The notes: a model not told the origin generated them from the sequence alone. 32,526 bases of DNA from Campylobacterales bacterium (GCA_019752775.1 JAIELU010000185.1:1-32526); one strand, 5' to 3'. Positions 19,191-28,528 are shown, numbered from the stretch's first letter. Made by a program: numbers and translations.

Positions 19191-19706
19191 ATGCCATTAT
19201 TAGACAGTTTTAGAGTTGACCATACAATCATGCCAGCACCCGCAGTAAGAGTTGCAAAAACTATGAAAACACCAAAAGGTGACAATATTACAGTATTTGA
19301 TTTAAGATTTTGTGTACCAAATGAAAAAATGTTAAGTGAAAAAGGAATTCATACTTTGGAGCATCTGTTTGCTGGATTCATTAGAAATCATTTAAATTCT
19401 GATTCAGTTGAAATCATTGATGTTTCTCCAATGGGTTGTAGAACTGGTTTTTACATGAGCTTAATAGGAACTCCTAGTGAAACTACGGTTGCCACTGCTT
19501 GGGAAAAAGCTATGAAAGATGTACTTGAAGTAAAATCACAAAATGATATTCCAGAATTAAACGAATACCAATGTGGAACATGTGCAATGCACTCACTTGA
19601 TGAAGCAAAAGATATTGCAAGAGATATTTTATCTTGTAAAATCGGTGTTATGTCAAATGAAGAGTTATACCTTTGTGAAGATAAATTAAAAGCTTTAGGA
19701 AACTAA
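19191..19706 (+). CDS. luxS: S-ribosylhomocysteine lyase (AI-2 synthase)
   Basis: '[11 protein letters not shown]', 'HTLEHL', '[10 protein letters not shown]', 'YQCG...HSL'. Confidence 0.99.
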   Translation: MPLLDSFRVDHTIMPAPAVRVAKTMKTPKGDNITVFDLRFCVPNEKMLSEKGIHTLEHLFAGFIRNHLNSDSVEIIDVSPMGCRTGFYMSLIGTPSETTVATAWEKAMKDVLEVKSQNDIPELNEYQCGTCAMHSLDEAKDIARDILSCKIGVMSNEELYLCEDKLKALGN

Positions 19707-19709
19707 AAA

Positions 19710-20153
19710 ATGCTTCAAAAACTAAATCTTTTTAAAGAGTTATTTTCACCGTATATAAATATTTCTATTCTTCATATAGATAACTCTTTAGATTTAGTTG
19801 ATTCAGCTTTAGAAGAAATAAGAACACAAAATGAAGGAAATATAAAATATATTTCTTTCATAGATGAAGACTCTGCAAAACTAAAAGCAACAGCTAGAGA
19901 GTTTGAATATGTAGTTTTAGGAGATATTTTATCTTTTTGTAAAAATCAAGAAACAATCCTAAAACTTATGTACAAAGCCCTTGAAAACTCAGGGAATATT
20001 ATAATTTTAGAAAAAATATCAAATGATAATAAATATGAACTTCTGGATTTACTTGAAAGTATCGGCTTTCAAGCTCCAAATTGTATTGAGCTTTTTGATG
20101 ATTTTTATATTTTTACAGCAAAGAAAATGCACCATTGGGATAATGGATTATAA
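19710..20153 (+). CDS. Hypothetical protein with degenerate class I SAM-methyltransferase-like fold
   Basis: 'FEYVVLGDIL...LKLMYKALENSGNIIILE' resembles the central strands of class I methyltransferases; no glycine-rich motif I. Confidence 0.55.
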   Translation: MLQKLNLFKELFSPYINISILHIDNSLDLVDSALEEIRTQNEGNIKYISFIDEDSAKLKATAREFEYVVLGDILSFCKNQETILKLMYKALENSGNIIILEKISNDNKYELLDLLESIGFQAPNCIELFDDFYIFTAKKMHHWDNGL

Positions 20154-20167
20154 GATGAAAAATAATC

Positions 20168-20917
20168 TTGCAAGATAATATTAATAGTTTAGTTTCTACA
20201 AAAGATGGTTCAAATACACTTTTCTCACAAAAATACAATCAACACTATCACAATCCTGATGATGGGGCAATAAATGAAGCTTTATCAAAACATATAATTC
20301 CAGCTTTTACATTTCATAAAAACAAAAAAGAACTTAATATTTTAGATATTTGTTTTGGTATTGGATATAACACTTTTTCAACTATTTATTATATTTTAAA
20401 AAATAATCTTGATATCAAACTAAATATTTTTTCTCCGGAACTTGATGGAAATTTAGTAAAATCTCTTGAGACTTTTGAATTTCCTAAAGAGTTTGAAACT
20501 ATAAAACATATCATAAAAAGTATCGCTCAAACTTGTAAGTATGAAGATGAAAAAATCAAAATAGAAGTTTTTATTGGCAATGCAAGAGATTATGTAAAAA
20601 ATTTAGAAAACAACTCTTTTGACATAATTTATCAAGATGCTTTTTCAAGTGATGTGAACTTTGAACTTTGGACAAAAGAGTATTTTGATGATATTTATAA
20701 ACTTTGTAAAAAAGATTGTATTATGAGTTCTTACGCAGTTGCGACACCAATTCGACTTAGTATGAATGAAGCTGGATTTTTTATCTATGAACATCGTCCA
20801 GTTAAGCGAAAAATCACTTTAGCATTTAAACAAAAACAAGAATTAATAGGGAAATTTATAGATATGGAACTAAAAAAACAAAGAAATAAAGAAGCAATTG
20901 CTTTGCATGATAAGTAG
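20168..20917 (+). CDS. Stand-alone MnmC/MnmD-family tRNA methyltransferase domain
   Basis: TTG start; 'TKDGSNTLFSQKYNQHYH', 'LDICFGIGYN', 'YQDAFS...N.ELW'. Confidence 0.85.
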   Translation: MQDNINSLVSTKDGSNTLFSQKYNQHYHNPDDGAINEALSKHIIPAFTFHKNKKELNILDICFGIGYNTFSTIYYILKNNLDIKLNIFSPELDGNLVKSLETFEFPKEFETIKHIIKSIAQTCKYEDEKIKIEVFIGNARDYVKNLENNSFDIIYQDAFSSDVNFELWTKEYFDDIYKLCKKDCIMSSYAVATPIRLSMNEAGFFIYEHRPVKRKITLAFKQKQELIGKFIDMELKKQRNKEAIALHDK

Positions 20918-20934
20918 TTTTAAAAACTACTTAT
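20910..20934. terminator. Hairpin between convergent genes (probable bidirectional terminator)
   Basis: ataagtagtttt / aaaactacttat inverted repeat overlapping both gene ends. Confidence 0.65.
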
Positions 20935-21428
20935 TATTTTGAAAGATTTTCTAAAATATACTTTTCTAAATCTCTTTTTGAGATTTCATCTTTTATAGAT
21001 TTTTCAAAAATCTCATCTATTTTTTGCGAATAATCCTCATAAGAAAAAAATGGAAAATGTAATTTCCATGATCTAATTATCAACTCTTCAGTCATTGTAT
21101 CTCTCATTTTATCTCTAAAAAAATTGAATCCAATAAAAATAGCAGCAGTAATAGCCATAGCACCCAAAATAGAAATATGTGGGTCAATTTTTACAAGAGG
21201 TTTATGAGTTAAAAGTGAAATTGGAACTATTATTGCTAATACAATTCCTATATAAACTTGATAAGCTCTAACAAGTCTTATTCTAAATCCCAATTTTGCT
21301 GGGTCTACATGCATTCCATCATTGTGTTGTCTATTTGCAACTAATAAATCTTTTAATAAGATTGGTTGCTTTGAGATAGTATAAACATACTCTAAAATTT
21401 TATTTCTAATTGTTTTTTCTTTAGACAT
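20934..21428 (-). CDS. Hypothetical membrane protein (two TM helices)
   Basis: 164-aa ORF with AGGA Shine-Dalgarno and two hydrophobic segments; no recognised motif. Confidence 0.8.
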   Translation of the reverse strand: MSKEKTIRNKILEYVYTISKQPILLKDLLVANRQHNDGMHVDPAKLGFRIRLVRAYQVYIGIVLAIIVPISLLTHKPLVKIDPHISILGAMAITAAIFIGFNFFRDKMRDTMTEELIIRSWKLHFPFFSYEDYSQKIDEIFEKSIKDEISKRDLEKYILENLSK

Positions 21429-21518
21429 AATATATTCCTAAATTTAATAATTCATATTTTATCTTACTTTTTTATAATATTGCGTTAATTAGAGATTAAA
21501 TTATTTAAAAGGAGTGTC

Positions 21519-21550
21519 TTGAAAAAGTTAATGTTTATTTTAATTAAGCC
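21519..21550 (+). pseudogene. Orphaned 5' end of a probable exported-protein gene
   Basis: TATAAT 21473-21478, AAGGAG 21509-21514, TTG 21519 and 'MKKLMFILI'. The frame then runs into IS-derived sequence and stops at 21608. Confidence 0.5.
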
Positions 21551-21724
21551 TAGTTTTACTACTATATCCATTTTTTCTATTACTACTCAAATCTTGGGCA
21601 AGATGTGAATCTATTTCAGCTGCAAGTGCAGATTCTGTTAATTGTTTTATTAATTTGCTCCACCGATACTTTTACCAGCTTTTATATAACGAGTAAATTG
21701 CTCTACATCTATTTCTATTTTCAT
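21551..21724 (-). pseudogene. Frameshifted, truncated IS256-family transposase
   Basis: Frame 1: MKIEIDVEQFTRYIKAGKSIGGAN* (stop 21650-21652). Shifted frame from 21653: LIKQLTESALAAEIDSHLAQDLSSNRKNGYSSKT, matching the IS256/mutator N-terminal 'AL.AE...HL....N.rNGY..kt' pattern. Confidence 0.82.
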
Positions 21725-21782
21725 TTCTGTATCCTTAGTATTTTTTATTTTACCTGTTTGACACAAAATTCTGAACAGTCCC
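21551..21782 (-). mobile_element. IS256-family insertion sequence remnant (left end plus 5' part of transposase)
   Basis: Minus strand begins GGGACTGTTCAGAATTTTGTGTCAA (IS256-like terminal repeat), followed by an AAGGA Shine-Dalgarno and ATG 21724. Transposase-like sequence extends to about 21551. Confidence 0.8.
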
Positions 21783-21805
21783 TTTATGGATAAAATCCAT
21801 AAAGG
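21781..21805 (-). terminator. Perfect 11-bp hairpin, probable terminator of the yqhD-like gene
   Basis: cctttatggat-aaa-atccataaagg, just downstream of the stop at 21829 and abutting the IS end. Confidence 0.65.
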
Positions 21806-21828
21806 AGCTTTGTTTGAAATAACTTTAC

Positions 21829-22965
21829 CTATTTTATTGACATAGTTAAAATTTGTTCAACTTTATCCAAAGTAATATTCCCTTTTTCACCAAGTGCAGT
21901 CATACCATGTGATTCTAAAGCTTTTGTGATATTTTCTATTACTTTATCGTCTGTTTTATATGCACTTAATTTTGTAGGAACTCCAATACTTTGGTACATA
22001 TATTCTATTGCTTCAATTACTATTTCATAATTCTGAGGCATGTTAAAAACTTCTTTCCCCATTTGAAGTAATTTCTCTTTTTTATCTTCTATCATTACTC
22101 TTAAAAGATAAGGTTGAACAACTGCTAAACTTTGTGCATGGTCAAGTCCATAAAATGCTGTAATTTCATGCCCTATCATATGTGTTGCCCAATCTTGTGG
22201 AACTCCTGAACCTATAAATCCATTTAATGCTTGGTTTGCTAAAAGCATAAGATTTTCTTGCCATAAAGCCGTTTTTCTATTTTCCCAATTTAGTGATAAA
22301 TTATGCAAACCTTTTAAAATAGTTTGAGAATAACCATCATGCAAAAGTGATGTATTTGGATATGTTAAATATTGTTCACATGTATGAACAAAAGCATCAA
22401 CTAATCCATTTGCCAATTGTCTATCATCTAGCGTACTCATTACACTTGGGTCTAAAACTGCAAATTTTGGATAAACAAATGAAGAACCAAAATATCTTTT
22501 TTCATTTGTTGATTTTTTTGAAATAACAGCAGTTGCATTTGATTCACTTCCTGTTGCTGGAAGTGTTAAAATTGCACCTAAAGGTAAAGCTTTTTCAACT
22601 TGTTTTGAACCATCTAAAAAATCCCAACCATCACCATCATAAAGGGCAGCTGCAACTAGATATTTACTTCCATCAATAACAGAACCACCACCAACAGCTA
22701 AAACGAAATCAATTTTTTCATCTTTAATTATTTTTACTGCTTTGTTTAAAGTCTCATAAGATGGGTTTGGTTCAACTCCACTAAATTCTAACCAAGTATA
22801 ACCCTCAAGTGCTGTTTTAACTTGTCCATAAACTCCATTTTTTTTGATACTTCCACCACCATAAACAACTAATACTTTTAATTTTTTATCAATATAATTA
22901 ACTATCGAGCTAATTTTGCCACTTCCAAACTCAATTGCTGTTGGATTAAAATATGTATAATTCAT
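21829..22965 (-). CDS. Iron-containing NADPH-dependent alcohol dehydrogenase/aldehyde reductase (YqhD-like)
   Basis: 'YGGGSIKKNG', 'GVEPNP', 'VGGGSVIDG', 'LPATGSE', 'DWATHMIGHEITAFYGLDHAQSLA'. Confidence 0.93.
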   Translation of the reverse strand: MNYTYFNPTAIEFGSGKISSIVNYIDKKLKVLVVYGGGSIKKNGVYGQVKTALEGYTWLEFSGVEPNPSYETLNKAVKIIKDEKIDFVLAVGGGSVIDGSKYLVAAALYDGDGWDFLDGSKQVEKALPLGAILTLPATGSESNATAVISKKSTNEKRYFGSSFVYPKFAVLDPSVMSTLDDRQLANGLVDAFVHTCEQYLTYPNTSLLHDGYSQTILKGLHNLSLNWENRKTALWQENLMLLANQALNGFIGSGVPQDWATHMIGHEITAFYGLDHAQSLAVVQPYLLRVMIEDKKEKLLQMGKEVFNMPQNYEIVIEAIEYMYQSIGVPTKLSAYKTDDKVIENITKALESHGMTALGEKGNITLDKVEQILTMSIK

Positions 22966-23029
22966 AATATGCCTTTATAATAATTTTGAAGCTTTATTAT
23001 AGGATAATTAACATTTCTAAAGGATTACA

Positions 23030-23629
23030 ATGATTAAAATTTGGTTGTTTATTTATTTTGCTGTTTTTATTTGGTCTGCTATTAACCCAAAAGATTTATT
23101 TACTTGGATTTTAGAAGTAATTCCAGCTGTTATTGCTTTAATTATTTTGATTTTTACTTATAATAAATTCAGATTTACATCTTTAGTTTATTCACTTATT
23201 TTAATTCATTGTATTATTTTAATGGTTGGTGGTCACTATACTTATGCACAAGTTCCTCTTTTTGACTTTATAAAAGAGTTTTTCAATCAAGACAGAAATA
23301 ACTATGATAAATTGGGACATTTTGCACAAGGTTTTATTCCAGCAATGATAGCTAGAGAGATAATCATAAGAAAAAAAATCATCTCAATAGAAGCTTGGAG
23401 AAACTTCTTTATAGTATGTTTTTGTTTAGCATTTTCAGCTTTTTATGAGCTTATTGAATGGTGGGTTGCCATTTTCTCAAATGATACAGCTGATGATTTT
23501 TTAGGAACGCAAGGTTATATTTGGGACACTCAAAGTGATATGGCTTGGGCTTTAATTGGTTCTATTTTAGCTTTGATTTTATTGCGGAATTATCATACTA
23601 AACAGTTACTTAACGATAAAAAGATATAA
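23030..23629 (+). CDS. DUF2238 (YjdF-like) inner membrane protein
   Basis: 'TWILE', 'GGHYTYAQVP', 'RNNYDKLGHFAQG', 'YELIEWW', 'FLGTQGYIWDTQSDM'. Confidence 0.9.
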   Translation: MIKIWLFIYFAVFIWSAINPKDLFTWILEVIPAVIALIILIFTYNKFRFTSLVYSLILIHCIILMVGGHYTYAQVPLFDFIKEFFNQDRNNYDKLGHFAQGFIPAMIAREIIIRKKIISIEAWRNFFIVCFCLAFSAFYELIEWWVAIFSNDTADDFLGTQGYIWDTQSDMAWALIGSILALILLRNYHTKQLLNDKKI

Positions 23630-23655
23630 ATTCAGAAAATTTTGAGGAATTATTA

Positions 23656-24096
23656 ATGACTTGTTGTGAAAATAAATTAGGATCTGTTTTAAATGAAGAT
23701 ATAGGAAAACTAATTTTAAGATTTTCTATTGCTGGACTTATGTTATTTCATGGGTTTAGTAAACTATTCAATGGAATCGATGGTGTAAAATTTTTAGTTA
23801 CGAGTGCTGGTCTTCCAGAAGTTGTGGCTTATGGTGTTTATTTTGGAGAAATTATTTTTCCTATTTTAATTATTCTTGGATTATTTACTAGAATTTCTTC
23901 ACTATTTTTTGCTCTTACTATGGTTTTTGCAATATTTTTAGCCCATAGTAGTGATATTTTTGCTTTAGGAAAAATGGGTGGTCCAATAATTGAGTTACCA
24001 CTAATTTATCTATTAGGTGCTATTTCTCTTATGTTTATTGGAGCAGGAAAATATAGTTTTGATGCTAGATGCAAAAAGTGTGAAATTAAAGCTTAA
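23656..24096 (+). CDS. DoxX-family membrane protein
   Basis: 'LILRFSIAGLMLFHGFSK', 'LGLFTR', 'GAGKYSFD'. Confidence 0.9.
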   Translation: MTCCENKLGSVLNEDIGKLILRFSIAGLMLFHGFSKLFNGIDGVKFLVTSAGLPEVVAYGVYFGEIIFPILIILGLFTRISSLFFALTMVFAIFLAHSSDIFALGKMGGPIIELPLIYLLGAISLMFIGAGKYSFDARCKKCEIKA

Positions 24097-24106
24097 TAAA
24101 AAATCA

Positions 24107-24136
24107 TATCTTTCCAAATAAAAATTTGGAAAGATA
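24107..24136. terminator. Bidirectional terminator between convergent doxX and DMT genes
   Basis: tatctttccaaat-aaaa-atttggaaagata, perfect 13-bp stem. Confidence 0.75.
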
Positions 24137-24142
24137 AATCTA

Positions 24143-24997
24143 TTAATTCTCTTTTTTTAAAGTATAAATAGAATTTACTATTAAAGTAGTAATTATTATA
24201 CTTCCGCCAATAAATGTGTATTTACTTGGAACTTCATTTAAAAATATCCAAACCCAAATAGGTGCCATCATTGTTTCAATAATCATCAAAAGACTTACTT
24301 CACTAGCACTTATATAAATCGCACCATTCCCTATTAAAACCCTTGAAATTGGGCTTATTAATAATCCCATAGTCATTACAATCGCTAATGTTTTTAAATC
24401 AATTGCCAAGTTTTCACAAAAAAATATTGATATACAACTCAATGCTATTCCACTAAATGCTGTTAAAATAACACGATTCATCTCTTTATATTTTGATAAA
24501 ATCACATAAGAAGTAGCAAAAAAAGCTGTACATAAAAGAGCGTAAATATTCCCTTTAATACTTCCAATTTCTAGTTTGTCATTAAATATTATAAATAGTC
24601 CTACAAACATAAAAAATGATGCATAAATTATATTTTTTGAGATTTTTTCCCTATAAAATAAATATGCAAATAAAGCAGAAAAAAGGGCTGCTGTACTAAA
24701 AATAATTACCACATTTGCAACAGTTGTAGTTTTTACGGCTGTTATAAAAAAGATATTTGATGTTCCCATTAAAGTAGCACAAACTATTAACATAGGAAAA
24801 GATGTTTTTAAAGCTTTTTGTATAAACTCTTTTTTCTTAAAAATTAAAGTTGAAGCCATAGAAACAAACATAAATATTCCTATATAAAATGAAAAAAGAA
24901 AAGGTGAAACAGTAGTGAATTTTATAAATAATGACTCTAAACTCATTATAAATACACCTAAAGATGTAAGAGCTAAGCCTTTAGCGTTGTTTGTCAA
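24143..24997 (-). CDS. DMT/EamA-family transporter
   Basis: TTG start; about 10 TM helices in two repeats; 'YLFYREKI' and 'WIFLNEVP' EamA-type motifs. Confidence 0.9.
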   Translation of the reverse strand: MTNNAKGLALTSLGVFIMSLESLFIKFTTVSPFLFSFYIGIFMFVSMASTLIFKKKEFIQKALKTSFPMLIVCATLMGTSNIFFITAVKTTTVANVVIIFSTAALFSALFAYLFYREKISKNIIYASFFMFVGLFIIFNDKLEIGSIKGNIYALLCTAFFATSYVILSKYKEMNRVILTAFSGIALSCISIFFCENLAIDLKTLAIVMTMGLLISPISRVLIGNGAIYISASEVSLLMIIETMMAPIWVWIFLNEVPSKYTFIGGSIIITTLIVNSIYTLKKEN

Positions 24998-25018
24998 AAT
25001 GAAATCCTATGGGAAATT

Positions 25019-25042
25019 CTAAGGATGTAAAAACATCCTTAG
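25019..25042 (-). terminator. Hairpin downstream of metH
   Basis: ctaaggatgt-aaaa-acatccttag, perfect 10-bp stem just past the metH stop; U-tract is weak. Confidence 0.6.
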
Positions 25043-25051
25043 TAAAAATAA

Positions 25052-28000
25052 TTAAATATTATAGTAGTTTGCTTCTTTGTGGGTAACCACAATTGCACAA
25101 GTAGTTTGTTCTGGATGCATTTGAAAAGTCTCTGATAACTCTATTCCAAACTCTTCTGGATTTAGCAAATCAAAAATATCTCTATTCATTGCAAGATCTG
25201 GGCAAGCTGCGTATCCTGGAGAATATCTACAACCCACATATTGTTTCATTTGAACATCATTTAAAGTATGACCTTCTTTTGGCACAATATCTAAATCAAG
25301 TCTTATTTGTTTATGTAAAACCTCAGCTAAAGCTTCTGCTAACTCAACTCCAAGCCCGTGAACTTGGTAGTATTTTGTGAATTCACCTTTATCATATAAA
25401 CTTCTTTCATAATCACTGATTTTAAGTCCAGCACTGGCAAGTGTAAAAGCAATAACATCAAGTCTATCATTTGCAAAAAAATCAGCAATACATCTAAATG
25501 GTTTTCTTTTTTGTCTTGGAAATTCTAAAACTTTTATAGCTTCACTTAAAGGTGGTACATTTTTTGCTTCTTCAAGGGAATTAAACAGATATTTTTTATC
25601 AAAAATATAGATTTTATTATCCCATGAAATACAAGGATAATAAGCATAAATTGCAATTGGTTCAAAGATATTTTTATCTACTAATTCAGCTTTTAAAGTT
25701 TGATACGTAGGTTCAACTACCTCTTCTTCATATTTTAAGAACTTAGCAGAATCTTGTTTGCCTCTCTTATATCCCCATCTTTGTCTAAATAAAACCCTAT
25801 GATTTATCCATTTAAAGATAAGTTCTTTATCTAGTTTTTCTGCTGTTTTTCCAATTCTTCCCCAAATTGGAGGAAATAAAAATGTATTCTTTGCAGGAAG
25901 TGGTATCTCTTCATAAGGAGGAATTACTGCTACTTCTTCTTCAACTTTATCACTTGTATCTATTATTTTTATTAAATCTGCTGGTAAGTCTGTATTATTC
26001 TCATCGCCCTTTTCAATTCTTTGCATAGAAATAACACCATCAAAAGCATCTCTACAATAAAAAATCGGTCCATCATAAAATGGTCGGCAATATTCATCAA
26101 CAAAGCTTTTAGTTAATGCAGCGCCACCTAAAAGAATAGGGATTTTTATTCCCATTTTTTGAAGTTCATCCAGATTTTCTTTCATAACTGCTGTTGATTT
26201 TACTAGTAATCCACTCATTCCAATCGCGTGTGCATTATGTTCTTGAAGTTTGTCAACAAAAGTATCAAGACTCGCTTTAATTCCCACATTTACAACTTTA
26301 AATCCATTGTTTGAAAGAATAATATCAACAAGATTTTTACCAACATCATGAACATCACCCTTTACCGTTCCAATAATTAGCGTTGTTTCACTTGCTTTTT
26401 CTTCTTTTGGTAAATATGGATTTAAAGCATCAACGGTTGCTTTCATAGTTTCAGCACTTTGAAGTACAAAGGGTAACTGCATTTGTCCTGAACCAAATAA
26501 CTCACCAATGATTTTCATACCATCAATTAACCATTCATTCACTATTAATTCAGGTTTTATTGTATGTCTTAACTCTTCAACTAAAGGTAAAAGTCTATCT
26601 TTATCCCCATCTAATAAAAGTTTTTGCACTTTCTCAAGTGGAGGCATATTTTGATACTCTTCATCTGTTTGTTCTTCTTGTGCTTCAACATTTGAGAAGT
26701 GTTCAATAAAAGCAAATAAAGGGTCACCATTTTCATGGTTATTAAATATCAAATTATCACAAGAAGCTCTATCTTCTGCACTTATTTTATTTAGTGGAAT
26801 TATATGTTTTACATTTACAATAGCACTTGTTAATCCAGCTCTAACACAATGATCAAGGTAAATAGAATTTAAATAAATTCTTGCTTTTTGGTCAAGTCCA
26901 AACGAAATATTTGAAAGCCCTAAAGTTGTTCCAGCTTCTGGATGTAAAATCTGAAATTCACGAATCGCTTCCATAGTTTCAACACCAGCTGTTCTGTACT
27001 CATCATCACCTGAACCAATTGTAAATGTAAGCATATCAAACACTAAATCTGATGGTTCAAATCCATGTCTATTTACACATAAATCAAAAATTCTCTCTGC
27101 AATTCTTAGTTTATCTTCTTTTGTTTTTGCCATTCCAACTTCATCAATTACAAGACAAACAAGAGCTGCTCCAAACTTTTTAGCTAATTTACAAACCGCA
27201 TCAAACTTATCTTCACCGTCTTCAAGGTTTACAGAGTTGATGATACATCTTCCACCAATTTGTTTAAGTGCGGCTTCAAGTGCATATATTTGAGTAGAAT
27301 CTGGCATCAAAGGAAGCGCAACTTTTTGAGAATATAAAGCGGCAACAGCATCCATATCTTTTCTTTCATCACGACCAGCAAATCCAACAGAAACATCAAT
27401 TACATGAGCTCCAGCACGGACCTGTTGTTGTCCAACGCTTAATGTTCCCTCGTAATCATTTGCTTTTAATAATTCTCTAAAAGCTTTTGAACCAGTTGCA
27501 TTTGAACGCTCACCAATTAAAAGTGGTGCTGGTTCTTGTTTTAGTGGCATTGTTCCAAAAAGTGAAGCTAAAGAGGCTTTTAAAAATCCACAAGGTTTTA
27601 AAGGTGTAATTCCTTCAACTGCTTTAACTAAAGCAGCGATATGTTCAGGTGTTGTTCCACAACAACCACCTAAAAATGAAACTCCATTTATATTTAAAAA
27701 CTCTTTTTGAAGTTCCACAAATTCATCAGGTCCCATCGGATAATAAGTTTTTCCACCTCTATTTTGAGGAAGTCCAGCATTTGCATGAACTGAAATTGGG
27801 AACTTACAAACTTCACTTAATGTTTTTACATGTTTATGTACTTGTTTTGGTCCAGTTCCACAATTAAATCCTAAAGATAAGATATTAAAAGGAGCCATGA
27901 TAGCTGCAATTGTCATGGCATCTGTTCCTATGAGCATAGTTCCTGAAAGTTCAATGGTAACAGAAACCATAATAGGAATATGTGGTGCTGTATCAGTTAA

Positions 28001-28528
28001 AGCATGAAGTGCTGCTTTTATTTGAAGTGGATCTTGACAAGTTTCAAGTAGAAAAATATCTGTTCCACCATCGGCTAAACCTTGTGCCATTATTTTATAG
28101 CCTTCGTACATATCATCGTATTTGATATGTCCTAAACTAGGCAGTTTCGTTCCAGGTCCAATAGAACCTAAAACATATATTGGTTTTTTGGGTGTGCTAT
28201 ATTTTAAAGCAGTTTTTTTTACAAGTTCCGCACCTAATTTTGATAACTCATATGAAGTTTCAGAAATATCATAATCCTCTAAAACCCATGGCATTGAACC
28301 AAAAGTATTTGTACTTAATAAATCCGCGCCTGCAAGTGCGTATCTGTTGTGAATATCATCAAGAATATGAGGAGCAGTAAGATTTAAAAGTTCATTACAA
28401 CCCTCTAAATCCTTACCCTCATATATCCATTCTTCTTTTTTAATATCTGCGATTTGAAGCTGTGTTCCCATCGCACCATCTATTATTAAAACTCTGTTTT
28501 TTATTATTTCTTTTATTGTTTCTAACAT
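25052..28528 (-). CDS. metH: Cobalamin-dependent methionine synthase
   Basis: 'DGAMGT', Zn ligands 'GFNCGTGP' and 'GGCCGT', pterin domain 'IGERSNATGSK', B12 motif 'GDVHDVGKN', activation domain 'RYSPGYAACPD'. Confidence 0.98.
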   Translation of the reverse strand: MLETIKEIIKNRVLIIDGAMGTQLQIADIKKEEWIYEGKDLEGCNELLNLTAPHILDDIHNRYALAGADLLSTNTFGSMPWVLEDYDISETSYELSKLGAELVKKTALKYSTPKKPIYVLGSIGPGTKLPSLGHIKYDDMYEGYKIMAQGLADGGTDIFLLETCQDPLQIKAALHALTDTAPHIPIMVSVTIELSGTMLIGTDAMTIAAIMAPFNILSLGFNCGTGPKQVHKHVKTLSEVCKFPISVHANAGLPQNRGGKTYYPMGPDEFVELQKEFLNINGVSFLGGCCGTTPEHIAALVKAVEGITPLKPCGFLKASLASLFGTMPLKQEPAPLLIGERSNATGSKAFRELLKANDYEGTLSVGQQQVRAGAHVIDVSVGFAGRDERKDMDAVAALYSQKVALPLMPDSTQIYALEAALKQIGGRCIINSVNLEDGEDKFDAVCKLAKKFGAALVCLVIDEVGMAKTKEDKLRIAERIFDLCVNRHGFEPSDLVFDMLTFTIGSGDDEYRTAGVETMEAIREFQILHPEAGTTLGLSNISFGLDQKARIYLNSIYLDHCVRAGLTSAIVNVKHIIPLNKISAEDRASCDNLIFNNHENGDPLFAFIEHFSNVEAQEEQTDEEYQNMPPLEKVQKLLLDGDKDRLLPLVEELRHTIKPELIVNEWLIDGMKIIGELFGSGQMQLPFVLQSAETMKATVDALNPYLPKEEKASETTLIIGTVKGDVHDVGKNLVDIILSNNGFKVVNVGIKASLDTFVDKLQEHNAHAIGMSGLLVKSTAVMKENLDELQKMGIKIPILLGGAALTKSFVDEYCRPFYDGPIFYCRDAFDGVISMQRIEKGDENNTDLPADLIKIIDTSDKVEEEVAVIPPYEEIPLPAKNTFLFPPIWGRIGKTAEKLDKELIFKWINHRVLFRQRWGYKRGKQDSAKFLKYEEEVVEPTYQTLKAELVDKNIFEPIAIYAYYPCISWDNKIYIFDKKYLFNSLEEAKNVPPLSEAIKVLEFPRQKRKPFRCIADFFANDRLDVIAFTLASAGLKISDYERSLYDKGEFTKYYQVHGLGVELAEALAEVLHKQIRLDLDIVPKEGHTLNDVQMKQYVGCRYSPGYAACPDLAMNRDIFDLLNPEEFGIELSETFQMHPEQTTCAIVVTHKEANYYNI

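Noticed and set aside
21605-21793. 62-aa plus-strand ORF
   Set aside because: It is the antisense shadow of the IS256 remnant; no Shine-Dalgarno or motif.
25189-28380. Three short plus-strand ORFs within metH
   Set aside because: Antisense to a conserved gene; no independent evidence.
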